The translations under genes and the position numbers were made by a program. DNA of 32,000 nt from Psychrobacter cryohalolentis K5. Its GTDB lineage: Bacteria > Pseudomonadota > Gammaproteobacteria > Pseudomonadales > Moraxellaceae. This document shows positions 1 through 10,537 of this stretch, piece after piece (the first letter of the stretch is position 1; each line of letters starts with the position of its first letter). The stretch covers positions 2,730,001 through 2,762,000 of the forward strand of contig NC_007969.1 in assembly GCF_000013905.1 (NCBI RefSeq). The letters are read 5' to 3'. The notes under the pieces are model-generated. The model did not search any database. It saw nothing but the letters and a program-made list of their open reading frames with translations, and had not been told where the DNA came from.

Positions 1-411
1 AATAACCGGCTGCATACCGTTATCTAGCAAATCAAGCGCGGTTTGTAGCACGCAGACATGTGCTTCTACGCCGAATAATAAAATGATGCTTCGATTCTGC
101 TGCGCAAGATGATTCCATGAATCGTCATTGTCGCAGGCACTAAAGGTGACTTTTTCAAAACCTTTGGCATTATCGCCTTCTAATAACTCACAAATTTCAG
201 GCAATGTCTCGCCTAAGCCCTTTTTATATTGCTCATTAAGCATAATGGGAACGTCAAGCGCTTGCAGACCTTTAATCAAAGTCGTTATTTTTTTGAGAAT
301 ATTTTCATGATCATAGATATGCGGAGTCAGACGTTCTTGGACGTCGATTATCATCGCTTGGGTATTTTCACGGTCAATACGGTAGGTACGATCAGTAATC
401 ATGGTGGACAT
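1..411 (-). CDS. Isochorismatase / cysteine-hydrolase family protein (C-terminus outside window)
   Basis: Absent from the ORF track because it runs off the left edge. Minus-strand ATG at 409-411 is preceded by AAGGAG with a 7-nt spacer. The frame is open to position 1 (137 codons). My translation is MSTMITDRTYRIDRENTQAMIIDVQERL...RSIILLFGVEAHVCVLQTALDLLDNG. The IIDVQ start and the GVEAHVCV catalytic-Cys motif are typical of the isochorismatase family. Confidence 0.75.
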   Translation of the reverse strand, partial: MSTMITDRTYRIDRENTQAMIIDVQERLTPHIYDHENILKKITTLIKGLQALDVPIMLNEQYKKGLGETLPEICELLEGDNAKGFEKVTFSACDNDDSWNHLAQQNRSIILLFGVEAHVCVLQTALDLLDNGMQPVI

Positions 412-596
412 AGTACACTCCTTGTACGGCTGAAGCTGACGGCTCTAAACTGATTTAGAATGAATATCAGACTTAAAATTATAATGATTAATTACTCTCT
501 TATTTAGTCACAGTTTAGCGAATGCGTCAATGGAGATAAGTGATAGTAACAACTTATGACCTTTTTATTCTAAGTAAACCACTATGATTCATAAAT

Positions 597-628
597 ACAA
601 AAACCCCCAGTTATGATAACTAGGGGTT
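597..628 (-). terminator. Rho-independent terminator downstream of fadA
   Basis: Inverted repeat ACCCCCAGTTAT / ATAACTAGGGGT with one mismatch. An A-run on the plus strand gives a T-run on the minus strand. It lies about 50 nt past the fadA stop. Confidence 0.7.
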
Positions 629-675
629 CATATTAGAGCGCTTAACTATTTTAAAATTATTGCAATACTATAGGC

Positions 676-1899
<1,224 letters not shown>

Positions 1900-1991
1900 C
1901 TATCTAATTTAGAAGGTTATTGATAATAAATAAATTACCAATCATCTTATCGAGCATGTGTACTGCACTTCATCCTAGTAATGACTGCCTA

Positions 1992-4151
1992 TTACGCGGT
2001 AGCGTAAAAGGTCTCGCCTGCTGCTGCCATATCGCGAATTTTTTGCGGGGCTTCATAGGCTTTGCCAAGGTATGCGTATTTTTCACACAGTGCCAAGTAG
2101 TTATCTAGACCCATTTGGTCAATATAACGGCAAGGACCACCGCGGAATGGCGGGAAACCAACGCCCATAATCATCGCCATATCTGCTTCTGACGGCGTGC
2201 TGACGATATTGTCTTCTAGGCAACGTACAGTTTCATTACAGAAAGCTAGCATGGTGCGGTCGATGATCGCTTGATCTTCAAACGTTTGCTTGTCGCTATC
2301 AGTCGTGGTTTTTAATAGCTCATAAGTCGCTTCATCAGCCACTTTCTTTGGCTTGCCGCGCTTGTCCATTTCATACTTATAGAAACCAACGCCGTTTTTC
2401 TGACCTAGGCGTTTGTTTTCATATAAATGCTCGATAGCGCCTTTATAATCAGGCTTCATGCGGTCAGGGAAACCTTCTGCCATGACTTCTGCGCCGTGTA
2501 CGCCAGTATCCAAACCAACGACGTCGATTAGGTAAGCAGGACCCATCGGCCAGCCGAATTTTTCCATGACTTTATCGACATGAGCAAAATCAGCACCTTG
2601 TTTAAGTAGCAAGTCAAAGGCACCAAAGTATGGGAACAATACACGGTTTACCAAGAAACCTGGGCAATCATTCACGACGACAGGCACTTTGCCCATTTTT
2701 GTGGCCAAAGCAACGGTCGTTGAAATCGCTTCTTCAGAAGATTTTTCACCGCGAATAACTTCTACTAGCGGCATACGGTTTACTGGGTTGAAAAAATGCA
2801 TACCAACGAAGTTTTCTGGACGCTCAAGCGCTTCAGCTAAGAAAGTAATAGAAATCGTTGAAGTGTTTGACGCTAAGATACAATCGTCTTTTACTAGACC
2901 TTCTACTTCCTTAAGAACCGCACGCTTCACGTTTGGATTTTCTACAACTGCTTCGATGACGATATCAGTTTCAGCAAAATCGCCATAGTTTAGCGTTGGA
3001 CGGATACGGCTTAACGTTTCGCCCATTTTTGCTGGGGTTATTTTGCCGCGATCGACCATTTTGCCAAGTAATTTGCTGGCTTCACCCATACCAAGGTCTA
3101 ATTGCTCAGACTTGATGTCTTTCATGATGATTGGCAAGCCTTTGCTGGCTGCTTGATAAGCGATACCGCCGCCCATGATACCAGCGCCCAATACAGCGGC
3201 TTCGTTGATGTCATGTGCTTTTTTGCTGTGCTGTTTGGCTAACTTTTTAACCAATTGGTCGCTTAAGAACAAACCAACCAAGCTTTCTGCTTGTGGGGTT
3301 TTCGCCGCTTTTGCAAAACCTGCCGCTTCTACTTCAATCGCTTTGTCACGTGGTAAGTTAACGTGTTTTTCGATAGCAGCGATAGCTAATGCTGGCGCAG
3401 GATATTGCTTAGGATTGGCTTTGGCAAAGATCATACCTTTTGCGCTGTTAAATGCCATCGCTTGTTCAAGCTGATTTAGCTTAACAGGAACGAGCTTTTC
3501 TTCTCGTTTCGCTTGCCAATCAAGCTCATCTGAGATACATTTTTTGACCAAATCAATGGCAGCATCTTGCAAGTCATCAGCAGCAACAGTCGCATCAACC
3601 AAGCCTAGTTTTAGTGCATCGAGTGCTTTCTTTGGTGTGCCAGTCGCAATAAGTTCAAGCGCATTATCAATACCAATGACACGCGTACTACGAACCGTAC
3701 CACCAAAGCCTGGGAAGATACCCAATTGAGTTTCTGGTAAACCGATGATAGCTTTGTCGCTCATGACGCGGTATTCGCAAACTAAGGTCATCTCACAACC
3801 ACCGCCAAGCGCTGCGCCATTGATAGCAGCTACTTTCGGGAAAGGCAAATCTTCAAAGCGATTAAAGGCGTCATTGATATTAATAACCCAATCTTTGATT
3901 TCTTCTTCTGATTGCTTAAAAGAAGCCACAAACTCTGTGATGTCCGCCCCAGCGATAAAGACGCCTTTGCTTGACGTGACGATTAAGCCTTTAATGTCAT
4001 CTGCTTTTTCTAACGCATTAACAACTTCAGCAAACTGCTTATTGGTCTCAGTGTCAAACTTGTTCACGCTCTCATTTTCGGCGTTGTATTGCATGTTGGC
4101 GATGCCATCCTCTAGCATTGTCACCGTAATGCGATTTCCTTGGTATACCAT
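1992..4151 (-). CDS. fadB: Multifunctional enoyl-CoA hydratase / 3-hydroxyacyl-CoA dehydrogenase (fatty-acid oxidation complex alpha subunit)
   Basis: 719 aa. N-terminal crotonase fold ([17 protein letters not shown]) followed by a 3-hydroxyacyl-CoA dehydrogenase NAD-binding motif ([12 protein letters not shown]). AAGGAG lies 7 nt before the ATG. Confidence 0.95.
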   Translation of the reverse strand: MVYQGNRITVTMLEDGIANMQYNAENESVNKFDTETNKQFAEVVNALEKADDIKGLIVTSSKGVFIAGADITEFVASFKQSEEEIKDWVININDAFNRFEDLPFPKVAAINGAALGGGCEMTLVCEYRVMSDKAIIGLPETQLGIFPGFGGTVRSTRVIGIDNALELIATGTPKKALDALKLGLVDATVAADDLQDAAIDLVKKCISDELDWQAKREEKLVPVKLNQLEQAMAFNSAKGMIFAKANPKQYPAPALAIAAIEKHVNLPRDKAIEVEAAGFAKAAKTPQAESLVGLFLSDQLVKKLAKQHSKKAHDINEAAVLGAGIMGGGIAYQAASKGLPIIMKDIKSEQLDLGMGEASKLLGKMVDRGKITPAKMGETLSRIRPTLNYGDFAETDIVIEAVVENPNVKRAVLKEVEGLVKDDCILASNTSTISITFLAEALERPENFVGMHFFNPVNRMPLVEVIRGEKSSEEAISTTVALATKMGKVPVVVNDCPGFLVNRVLFPYFGAFDLLLKQGADFAHVDKVMEKFGWPMGPAYLIDVVGLDTGVHGAEVMAEGFPDRMKPDYKGAIEHLYENKRLGQKNGVGFYKYEMDKRGKPKKVADEATYELLKTTTDSDKQTFEDQAIIDRTMLAFCNETVRCLEDNIVSTPSEADMAMIMGVGFPPFRGGPCRYIDQMGLDNYLALCEKYAYLGKAYEAPQKIRDMAAAGETFYATA

Positions 4152-4733
4152 TTGGAACTCCTTGCTATATAACGAAAGCTACGTTTTAAAATTAAAATAA
4201 ATAGCCAGTTATTGTTAGAAAAATGGGTAATAGCACCGTTAACCTGCCCTTTCATCCTAATCAACAATAATGACGTCATTGTGATAATGGTGAGCCAAAT
4301 TAAACGGTGAAGATATCTTTATTATCTAGCGCTTATGCTTGTACCTTTATAGCTATGTACTTATATTATATTACTACTATTATAGCTATTGACTGAGATT
4401 TGATTTTATAGTCGTTTTTCGATTGATAAATAGTGTAAAACCTCAGTTATCAATCGCTAGACCAATTTCACGCCAATTAGTGTAGGGGATTATGCCCCCG
4501 ACTGTCACAAGCTAATACCATACTCGCAAGTCACTCTTAAATCCACAGCAGCCCTTTACCTGACTAGCAATCTGCCTTAAGTGATTGTTTGTATACTGGA
4601 ATCAGACCGTGGTGATTAACCTTTAAATGCAGCCTCTTATCAAAACATATTTAACCACTAAGTTAAATCGCCAATGCGTAACGAGGGCTTGTTGCATTAT
4701 TTCATGCCGCTTTTCATATTAAGCTTTCTGTTT

Positions 4734-4761
4734 TTGATCTCAAACCTTCTATTTTTAATAT
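4734..4761 (+). promoter_or_regulatory. Candidate sigma70 promoter for ispA (TTGATC-16 nt-TAATAT)
   Basis: Hexamers read directly at 4734-4739 and 4756-4761, about 105 nt upstream of the ispA ATG. AT-rich DNA produces such matches easily. Confidence 0.3.
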
Positions 4762-4867
4762 ACAACTTTAAAAAATACATTAGGGATTATGTATGTGGCA
4801 TAAGGAATATAATCTATCATGTTACACTAACGATATTTTTATTATTCACCTGATAGAAGGTTGGGTT

Positions 4868-5875
4868 ATGTCTGTTTCTTCTACGTCGAGCGTTGTTCCT
4901 ATTAGCTTTATCCCTTTTAATAGCACAGAGCAGTTTCACCATGAGGTGCGCGCGCAATTAGCCAAAGATATCGAAGTGTTATTTGATTACGCTGAGCTGC
5001 CAAGCCCGCTGCTTGACGCTTGCCGCTATGTAATGACAGGTACAGGGAAATTGGTACGTCCACTACTGGTTGCCAGCGCTTTTTCCAGCACTTATAGCCA
5101 TAATGACACAATCGCCGATAAAGACAATGCCTTGGCATCTTTGTTAGAAAACGACTCAGATTATGATATGTGCCGCCGTGCAGCGTTGGCGGTGGAGCTG
5201 CTGCATACTTATTCGCTGGTGCATGATGACTTGCCATGTATGGACGATGACGAGCTGCGCCGTGGTCAACCAACCGCTCATATCGTCTTTGAAGAATCGA
5301 CCGCCCTGCTCGCAGGTGACGTATTACAGACGCTAGCCTTTGAAGTATTGACGGCGGATCTGCCAACCTTTGCGCCTTTTGATTCCGCTATCGCAAGTCA
5401 GTTATTTGCTATCTTTGCCCCGCGTGCACGGCGCATGGTATCGGGTCAAATGCTTGATCTCAATGCTGAAGCCACTACTGGGATTTCGCAAAACGATTTA
5501 GAAGCCATTCACCGTGATAAAACCGGCGCATTAATTGAAGCGGCGATGTTGATGGGCGGTATCTGTGCTGGCGCGACGGCTCCGCAGCGCATGGCTCTAC
5601 AAGAGTGTGCACAGCATATCGGTCTCGCCTTTCAGGTTCAGGACGATATTCTAGACGTAACGACCTCTACTGATACGCTTGGTAAACCTGCCGGCAGTGA
5701 TGAAAAGTTAGACAAATCTACTTATGTAAAGTTAATGGGTGTCAATAATGCGACCAGCTATGCGCAATCGCTATTTGATGACGGGCGTGCAGCCATTTCT
5801 CGTGAGCTTGACGACAGCTCAGACACTGATGCGCTGATGGCACTTATCGAATGGCTTTGGGCACGTAAGAAATAG
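4868..5875 (+). CDS. ispA: (2E,6E)-farnesyl diphosphate synthase / geranyltranstransferase
   Basis: First aspartate-rich motif is LVHDDLPCMDDDELRRG; the second is FQVQDDILD. I chose the ATG at 4868 (AGAAGG 7 nt upstream) rather than the track start at 4793, which adds 25 non-conserved residues. Confidence 0.9.
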   Translation: MSVSSTSSVVPISFIPFNSTEQFHHEVRAQLAKDIEVLFDYAELPSPLLDACRYVMTGTGKLVRPLLVASAFSSTYSHNDTIADKDNALASLLENDSDYDMCRRAALAVELLHTYSLVHDDLPCMDDDELRRGQPTAHIVFEESTALLAGDVLQTLAFEVLTADLPTFAPFDSAIASQLFAIFAPRARRMVSGQMLDLNAEATTGISQNDLEAIHRDKTGALIEAAMLMGGICAGATAPQRMALQECAQHIGLAFQVQDDILDVTTSTDTLGKPAGSDEKLDKSTYVKLMGVNNATSYAQSLFDDGRAAISRELDDSSDTDALMALIEWLWARKK

Positions 5876-5947
5876 CTAAATAAGGAATAAGCTTAGAAAC
5901 AACACGCCCAATATTTTAATCATTAAAAACAGCAAAGGGTGATCAAC

Positions 5948-6766
5948 ATGGATAGTGCCCCTACTCCGCGTATTTACCTCGGTACTGGCGGTTATAGCGA
6001 TACCGATTTACTCGGTACGCTGTATCCAACGGGTACCAAAAAAACGGACTTCTTACGTGAATATGCCAAGCAATATGGTGCAGTTGAGATTAATAGTACT
6101 TTTTACGCGCCCATTGGACAAAAAGCCTTTGCAGGTATGGTCGATAAAGCCTATGTGCAAGCAGACAGTGAGTTGAAGTTCGCGGTCAAACTGCATCAAG
6201 ACTTTACTCATGCGCGTAAAGGCACTAGTGATCACGCGCAAGCTTTCCTTACTGCCCTCACACCACTTATTGAAGCCAATGCGCTCGCGCCATTACTACT
6301 GCAATTCCCACATGGTTTTGATCGTACTCGTGAGCATCGTCTATATCTGGCAAACCTTGTCAGTTGGTTTAAGGACTACCCACTCGCTATTGAGTTTCGT
6401 CATAACGGCTGGCATACGCCGCAAGTGGTCGATAGCTTTACCGAGCAAGGTTTGATTTGGTGCAGCGTTGATTATCCCAAAGTCAGTGGTCTACCGCCAT
6501 CACGATTGATATTTACCGAGCGCACTGGCTACTTACGTATGCATGGCAATAATCTAAACTGGTGGGATGCGATGAGTGCGGCTGACCGCCATGATTATCG
6601 CTATAGTGAGGCGGAGATGCAGGACTGGGCGCAAGCGATTGCCAATCAGCGTCAGCATTTTGATGCGCTCTATATTTTCTTTCAAAATACCGTCAATGCG
6701 CATGCTTATTATAATATTGCGATGCTCAGAGAGGCGTTGGGTAGGTTTGGGTTTGAGGTGTTGTGA
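5948..6766 (+). CDS. DUF72 (YecE-like) family protein
   Basis: The pattern IYLGTGGYS...LREYAKQYGAVEINSTFYAP...FAVKLHQDFTH...LLLQFP...IEFRH is the DUF72 layout. ATG at 5948 with AAGGG upstream; the track used a GTG at 5939. No terminator separates it from ispA, so co-transcription is likely. Confidence 0.8.
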   Translation: MDSAPTPRIYLGTGGYSDTDLLGTLYPTGTKKTDFLREYAKQYGAVEINSTFYAPIGQKAFAGMVDKAYVQADSELKFAVKLHQDFTHARKGTSDHAQAFLTALTPLIEANALAPLLLQFPHGFDRTREHRLYLANLVSWFKDYPLAIEFRHNGWHTPQVVDSFTEQGLIWCSVDYPKVSGLPPSRLIFTERTGYLRMHGNNLNWWDAMSAADRHDYRYSEAEMQDWAQAIANQRQHFDALYIFFQNTVNAHAYYNIAMLREALGRFGFEVL

Positions 6767-6888
6767 TGCGTAGAACGCTCCCTAATTTTTCTATAGCAGC
6801 GTTTTAATTTTCTTTTATCTATTGCAGTCGTTATTTCATAGTTGTATTTATTTTTTAAAATCTAGCAGTCTTATTTAGGAAAGTGTAT

Positions 6889-7683
6889 ATGCTTATCTGG
6901 TTTGTAGTCGGAGCGATAGCCTTATCTGTAATAGCATTTAAATATTATGGAAGAAACAGAGAATCTGATAGTTTTAAGCTTATGGAGAGATTAGCTAGCC
7001 AAGGGGATGCGCGAGCTCAAATAAATCTTGCCATGATGTATTACGGTGGTACAGGCGTACGTCAAGATCTTCCTAAAGCTATTCAATGGGCAGAAAAACC
7101 AGCTCGGCAAGGTAATGCTGAGGCTCTATTTGTTATGGGTATGATGCATACTCAAAAGAATGATACTAAGGCTTTTGAGTTTTACCTACAATCAGCTAAT
7201 CAGGGCTATCCTAGTGCTCAGAACATGGTTGGCCTTTCATACAAGGAAGGAAGAGGTGTACAACAAGACTATACCAAGGCATTTGAATGGATACAAAAAG
7301 CAGCTAATCAGGGCTATCCTAGTGCTCAATACGAGCTTAGTCTAATGTATGAGAAAGGCATAGGCGTAAAACAGGATAACGCTAAAGCGTTTGAGTGGTA
7401 TCTAAAATCAGCTAACCAAGGTAATGCGCAAGCTCAAAGCAATCTTGGTGCTATGTATGATCAAGGCATAGGCGTACAACAAGACTATGCCAAGGCATTT
7501 GAATGGTATACAAGATCAGCTAGCCAAGGTGATGCGCGAGCTCAATTTAATCTTGGTAGGATGTATCATTTTGGCAAAGGTGTACAACAAGATGATGCTA
7601 AGGCACGTGATTGGCTGGGTAAGTCTTGCAAAAACGGGTTTCAAGATGCTTGCACCATTTATCGATTATTACCTAAAAGATAG
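6889..7683 (+). CDS. N-terminally membrane-anchored Sel1-like repeat (SLR/TPR-like) protein
   Basis: One hydrophobic N-terminal helix (LIWFVVGAIALSVIAF) is followed by about six 36-aa Sel1 repeats (G-x-A-x-AQ-x-x-LG-x-MY-x-x-G-x-GV-x-QD-x-x-KA-x-x-W-x-x-x-A). ATG at 6889 has AGGA 8 nt upstream. Confidence 0.85.
   Translation: MLIWFVVGAIALSVIAFKYYGRNRESDSFKLMERLASQGDARAQINLAMMYYGGTGVRQDLPKAIQWAEKPARQGNAEALFVMGMMHTQKNDTKAFEFYLQSANQGYPSAQNMVGLSYKEGRGVQQDYTKAFEWIQKAANQGYPSAQYELSLMYEKGIGVKQDNAKAFEWYLKSANQGNAQAQSNLGAMYDQGIGVQQDYAKAFEWYTRSASQGDARAQFNLGRMYHFGKGVQQDDAKARDWLGKSCKNGFQDACTIYRLLPKR
6991..7650 (+). repeat. Intragenic 108-nt (36-aa) Sel1 coding repeats with near-identical DNA copies
   Basis: A perfect 28-nt duplicate CAGCTAATCAGGGCTATCCTAGTGCTCA occurs at 7193-7220 and 7301-7328 (offset 108). 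A 33-nt copy with 1 mismatch occurs at 7258-7290 and 7474-7506 (offset 216). AGCTAGCCAAGG(G/T)GATGCGCGAGCTCAA occurs at 6993 and 7518. Confidence 0.9.
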
Positions 7684-7714
7684 ATCGCTGTAACCATAGT
7701 TAAGCTGCATACAC

Positions 7715-8206
7715 TCAATCCCATGGCTGTTGTTCTTTATCAGTAGCATACCTAGCCATAGCTATTAAAGACTCTTTACCCTTATAAATATTACTTTCGG
7801 AATAAAAACCCTCGAAATACAATCTACAAAAACAGTTATAAAAGTAAATTCTAGCCTGTTTAGATTCATCCAAGGGAAACTCACTAGACTCTGAGAAATG
7901 ATCCTGAATATGAGTCGTTACCAAGGTAAGTATTAAGACGTCTGAAGCATAAATTCTAGAACCTGAGAATATTTTTTTGAACTCACTCTGCGAAATTATA
8001 TTTGCTTGCTCTAACAGACTTCCAGTTTCAAGTAATATGGTATGGCTCATTACTTCTCGTTCTTTTTTACTTACCCCTTTAGATAGAACTAGCCACTCAT
8101 TAAAGGGTCTAAGCGTTAATTGGGTAGCATTTTTAAAAGAGAAAACCCCTCTCATAAAGAGAAATAAAACCGTCGTTATCACAACAACTATTAAGAACGT
8201 TTCCAC
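7715..8206 (-). CDS. Hypothetical protein, N-terminal transmembrane helix, no recognisable family
   Basis: Long ORF convergent with the Sel1 gene, with stops only about 30 nt apart. It is visibly more AT-rich than its neighbours: hand counts on two 60-nt lines gave about 27% and 38% GC, against about 45% on one sodB line. The start is uncertain. The track gives GTG at 8212; I prefer GTG at 8206 because AGGGGTGAT sits immediately upstream. I recognise no motif. Confidence 0.55.
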   Translation of the reverse strand: METFLIVVVITTVLFLFMRGVFSFKNATQLTLRPFNEWLVLSKGVSKKEREVMSHTILLETGSLLEQANIISQSEFKKIFSGSRIYASDVLILTLVTTHIQDHFSESSEFPLDESKQARIYFYNCFCRLYFEGFYSESNIYKGKESLIAMARYATDKEQQPWD

Positions 8207-8293
8207 TATCACCCCTGAAACAATATATTAAAAAATACAAGTATAGCAGCTATCATTTCGACATTAGTACAACCTTCCTATAATCATTAAACC

Positions 8294-8325
8294 AAAAAAA
8301 GGACGCCTCTCAGCGTCCTTTTTTC
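8294..8325 (-). terminator. Rho-independent terminator downstream of sodB (symmetric A/T flanks, potentially bidirectional)
   Basis: AAAAAAAGGACGC-CTCTCA-GCGTCCTTTTTT: a 7-bp GC-rich stem with a T-run on both strands, 26 nt past the sodB stop. Confidence 0.8.
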
Positions 8326-8350
8326 AAATCAAAACCTTAGTCGTTAAAGA

Positions 8351-8980
8351 TTACTCTTCAACACCAGCATCTTGACCTTTATATTTCGCATTTGCGTAGT
8401 CCCAGTTCACTAGTTTGTCTAGGAACGTATCGACGTAATCAGGACGACGGTTACGATAATCGATGTAGTAAGCATGTTCCCATACATCACAAGTCAATAC
8501 CGCGATTTGGTCATGTGCAAGTGGCGTGTCAGCGTTAGCAGTTTTGGCGATAGACAATTTGCCACCGACTTTATCAGCCACTAACCATGCCCAACCTGAA
8601 CCAAACTGAGTCAATGCTGCGTTTTTGAACTCTTCACGGAACTTGTCATAGCTACCGAAATCTTCTTCGATTTTCGCTTTCAAGTCACCAGTAGGTTCGC
8701 CGCCGCCGTTTGTTGGCGTCATGCAGTTCCAATAGAACGTGTGGTTCCATACTTGGGCTGCTTGGTTAAACATACCTTGCTTGCTGTCATCTTTAGCCGT
8801 TGCTATGATGATTTCTGACAACGTTTTGTCTTCTAGACCAGAACCTGGTAGCAACTCGTTAAGCTTAGTCACGTATGCATTGTGATGCTTATCATGATGG
8901 AACTCTAAAGTTTCAGCACTGATGTGCGGCTCTAAAGCATCTTTTGCATATGGTAGGTCTGGTAAAGTAATCTTTGACAT
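8351..8980 (-). CDS. sodB: Iron superoxide dismutase
   Basis: 209 aa with LPYAKDALEPHISAETLEFHHDKHH, AAQVWNHTFYWNC (Fe-type signature) and DVWEHAYYIDYRNRRPDY. Confidence 0.95.
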   Translation of the reverse strand: MSKITLPDLPYAKDALEPHISAETLEFHHDKHHNAYVTKLNELLPGSGLEDKTLSEIIIATAKDDSKQGMFNQAAQVWNHTFYWNCMTPTNGGGEPTGDLKAKIEEDFGSYDKFREEFKNAALTQFGSGWAWLVADKVGGKLSIAKTANADTPLAHDQIAVLTCDVWEHAYYIDYRNRRPDYVDTFLDKLVNWDYANAKYKGQDAGVEE

Positions 8981-9437
8981 AGTTATTTTATCCTTGCTGT
9001 TTTAACTGTTATTTTATGGAAACTGAATTTTACGCTATTTTTAACACGCAAAAAACCCTATAAAATAGCTGGCTAAATTGGCTGAGTTTATTGTTTAAAA
9101 TGAATTTTATCGATTAATACATTGTATTGCTGAACACAGTATCACGTATTATTATGAATCCAAAATTAACTATTATTCTTTTCTTGCTCTTGGCTCAAAA
9201 GCCAAACACTTGACTTTGTCAGCCTTTATTAACCAAATATTCACAAGCTATAAGATATAATTCACTGTAGCTTGGCAGATATTATAGCAATAGTGGCGAC
9301 AAATATCAGTTACCAAATGTTATGCAAATCGCAATCAGTATTGCTTGCGAACAGCAAACAAAAAAAATATAAAAATAGCACCTTAATATAAATCACTATT
9401 TTTTATTTAGACTTAATTACATGACGGAATATCCACT

Positions 9438-10091
9438 ATGAGTGCTACCAGTACATCGCGACCCTTGACCCAATCTACATCTCAAAAGCAATGGGTACTC
9501 GCCAGCAATAATAAAGGCAAGCTTGCTGAGTTCACAAGACTATTTGCAGAAGCAGATTTGGATGTGACGATTGTCCCTCAAGGTCAGCTCGATATCGACG
9601 ATGCGATTGAAGATGGCTTGAGTTTCATCGAAAATGCCATTATAAAAGCCCGTCATGCTAGCCGTATTAGTGGATTGCCTGCGATTGCCGACGATTCTGG
9701 ACTTTGTGTGCCAGTACTGGGTAATGCACCCGGTATTTATTCTGCGCGCTATGCCGGCGAGCATGGTAACGACAGTAAGAATAATGAAAAGCTTATCGCT
9801 GACTTGCAGCCTATCCGCGCAGCACAGCTTGATACTGCTATTAAGGGCATGTTCGTTTGCGTACTGGCAATGGTGCGTCATGCCGATGATCCGCTACCGA
9901 TTATCGCGCAAGGTTTATGGCACGGTGAGATTTCAGAGACAGCGCATGGTGACGGCGGTTTTGGTTATGACCCACTGTTCTGGTTACCAGAGCTGCAGGC
10001 GACGGCGGCAAGCCTCAGTGCTGCGGATAAAAATAGCATCAGCCATCGCGGTCAGGCGATCAAGCAGTTATTGGCGCAATTGCCTTTATAA
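9438..10091 (+). CDS. rdgB: Non-canonical purine NTP pyrophosphatase (dITP/XTP pyrophosphatase)
   Basis: HAM1/RdgB pattern: LASNNKGKLAEF, ADDSGLCV, PGIYSARYAGE, GFGYDPLF, SHRGQA. It carries about 18 extra N-terminal residues relative to typical RdgB. Confidence 0.9.
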   Translation: MSATSTSRPLTQSTSQKQWVLASNNKGKLAEFTRLFAEADLDVTIVPQGQLDIDDAIEDGLSFIENAIIKARHASRISGLPAIADDSGLCVPVLGNAPGIYSARYAGEHGNDSKNNEKLIADLQPIRAAQLDTAIKGMFVCVLAMVRHADDPLPIIAQGLWHGEISETAHGDGGFGYDPLFWLPELQATAASLSAADKNSISHRGQAIKQLLAQLPL

Positions 10092-10336
10092 GACGCTTAT
10101 CTCTTGTAGTTATCCAATTTGATGCCATTTAATCCTCACATCAGTAAATCAGGCGTAGACATACAAGACGTACTTTAAATGAGATGACTGATATAGTAAA
10201 TTGATACCGCGTAAACGACAAAACAGATAATTTTTACTTTAATAAACAGATAGATTATACTGTTCTACTTTTAAAATTTTGTTGAAAGCCGTTAATTGTC
10301 TGTATTATTCGCCAAAAAGCGTTATTATGCGACCTA

Positions 10337-10365
10337 TTGACGGTTTATTATTGATATTTGATAGT
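10337..10365 (+). promoter_or_regulatory. Candidate sigma70 promoter for tig (TTGACG-17 nt-GATAGT)
   Basis: TTGACG at 10337-10342 and GATAGT at 10360-10365, with an overlapping TAGTAT alternative. This implies a leader of about 170 nt. Sequence match only. Confidence 0.35.
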
Positions 10366-10537
10366 ATCGACTAAGATTAAACATGTCGTTTTTCAGAGCC
10401 AGCAGCGATTGCTAAAGGCATTGATTTGAGAATGACTTGCTATCACTATCCCCTATTTATTCCAACGGCAACCAGTCATAAACGCCCGTATTTTGAGGCA
10501 TGGTTGTCTATTATTTAATCCTAAAGGTGTAATGATC

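Noticed and set aside
128-453. Plus-strand ORFs 128..310 and 229..453 from the track
   Set aside because: They lie antisense to a minus-strand ORF that has a strong AAGGAG SD and clear isochorismatase-family motifs. Their translations are low-complexity and have no start context.
4170-4190. Possible shared operator TAACG-N-CGTT(A) upstream of both fadB (about 4170-4190) and ETF-QO (about 30743-30764)
   Set aside because: The half-site spacing differs (7 nt against 10 nt), one half-site is imperfect, and 5-nt arms are too short to be significant in AT-rich DNA.
4269-4280. Perfect 12-nt palindrome AATGACGTCATT upstream of fadB, considered as a dedicated operator
   Set aside because: A 6+6 perfect palindrome is expected several times by chance in 32 kb (about 1 per 4 kb of centres). 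I saw no second copy near other fatty-acid genes. It is kept only as a note inside the spacer finding.
4793-4867. N-terminal extensions suggested by the ORF track (ispA 4793, tig 10493, msrA 22682, DUF72 5939, DUF1285 30567, EIIC 17089)
   Set aside because: The internal ATGs have properly spaced SD sequences, and family conservation begins there. The extensions are the longest-ORF artefact, or use TTG/GTG without an SD.
4917-5366. 149-aa minus-strand ORF inside ispA
   Set aside because: It is antisense to a gene with both polyprenyl synthase aspartate-rich motifs, and its Arg/His/Pro-rich translation lacks features.
6991-7650. Regularly spaced repeats that could be mistaken for a CRISPR-like or tandem non-coding array
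   Set aside because: The 108-nt period is exactly the 36-aa Sel1 repeat inside an intact ORF. The units are contiguous, with no unique spacers between them as a CRISPR array would have.
9540-10122. ORFs 9540..9881 (-) and 9655..10122 (+) overlapping rdgB
   Set aside because: They are alternative-frame or antisense shadows of a well-supported RdgB/HAM1 gene.
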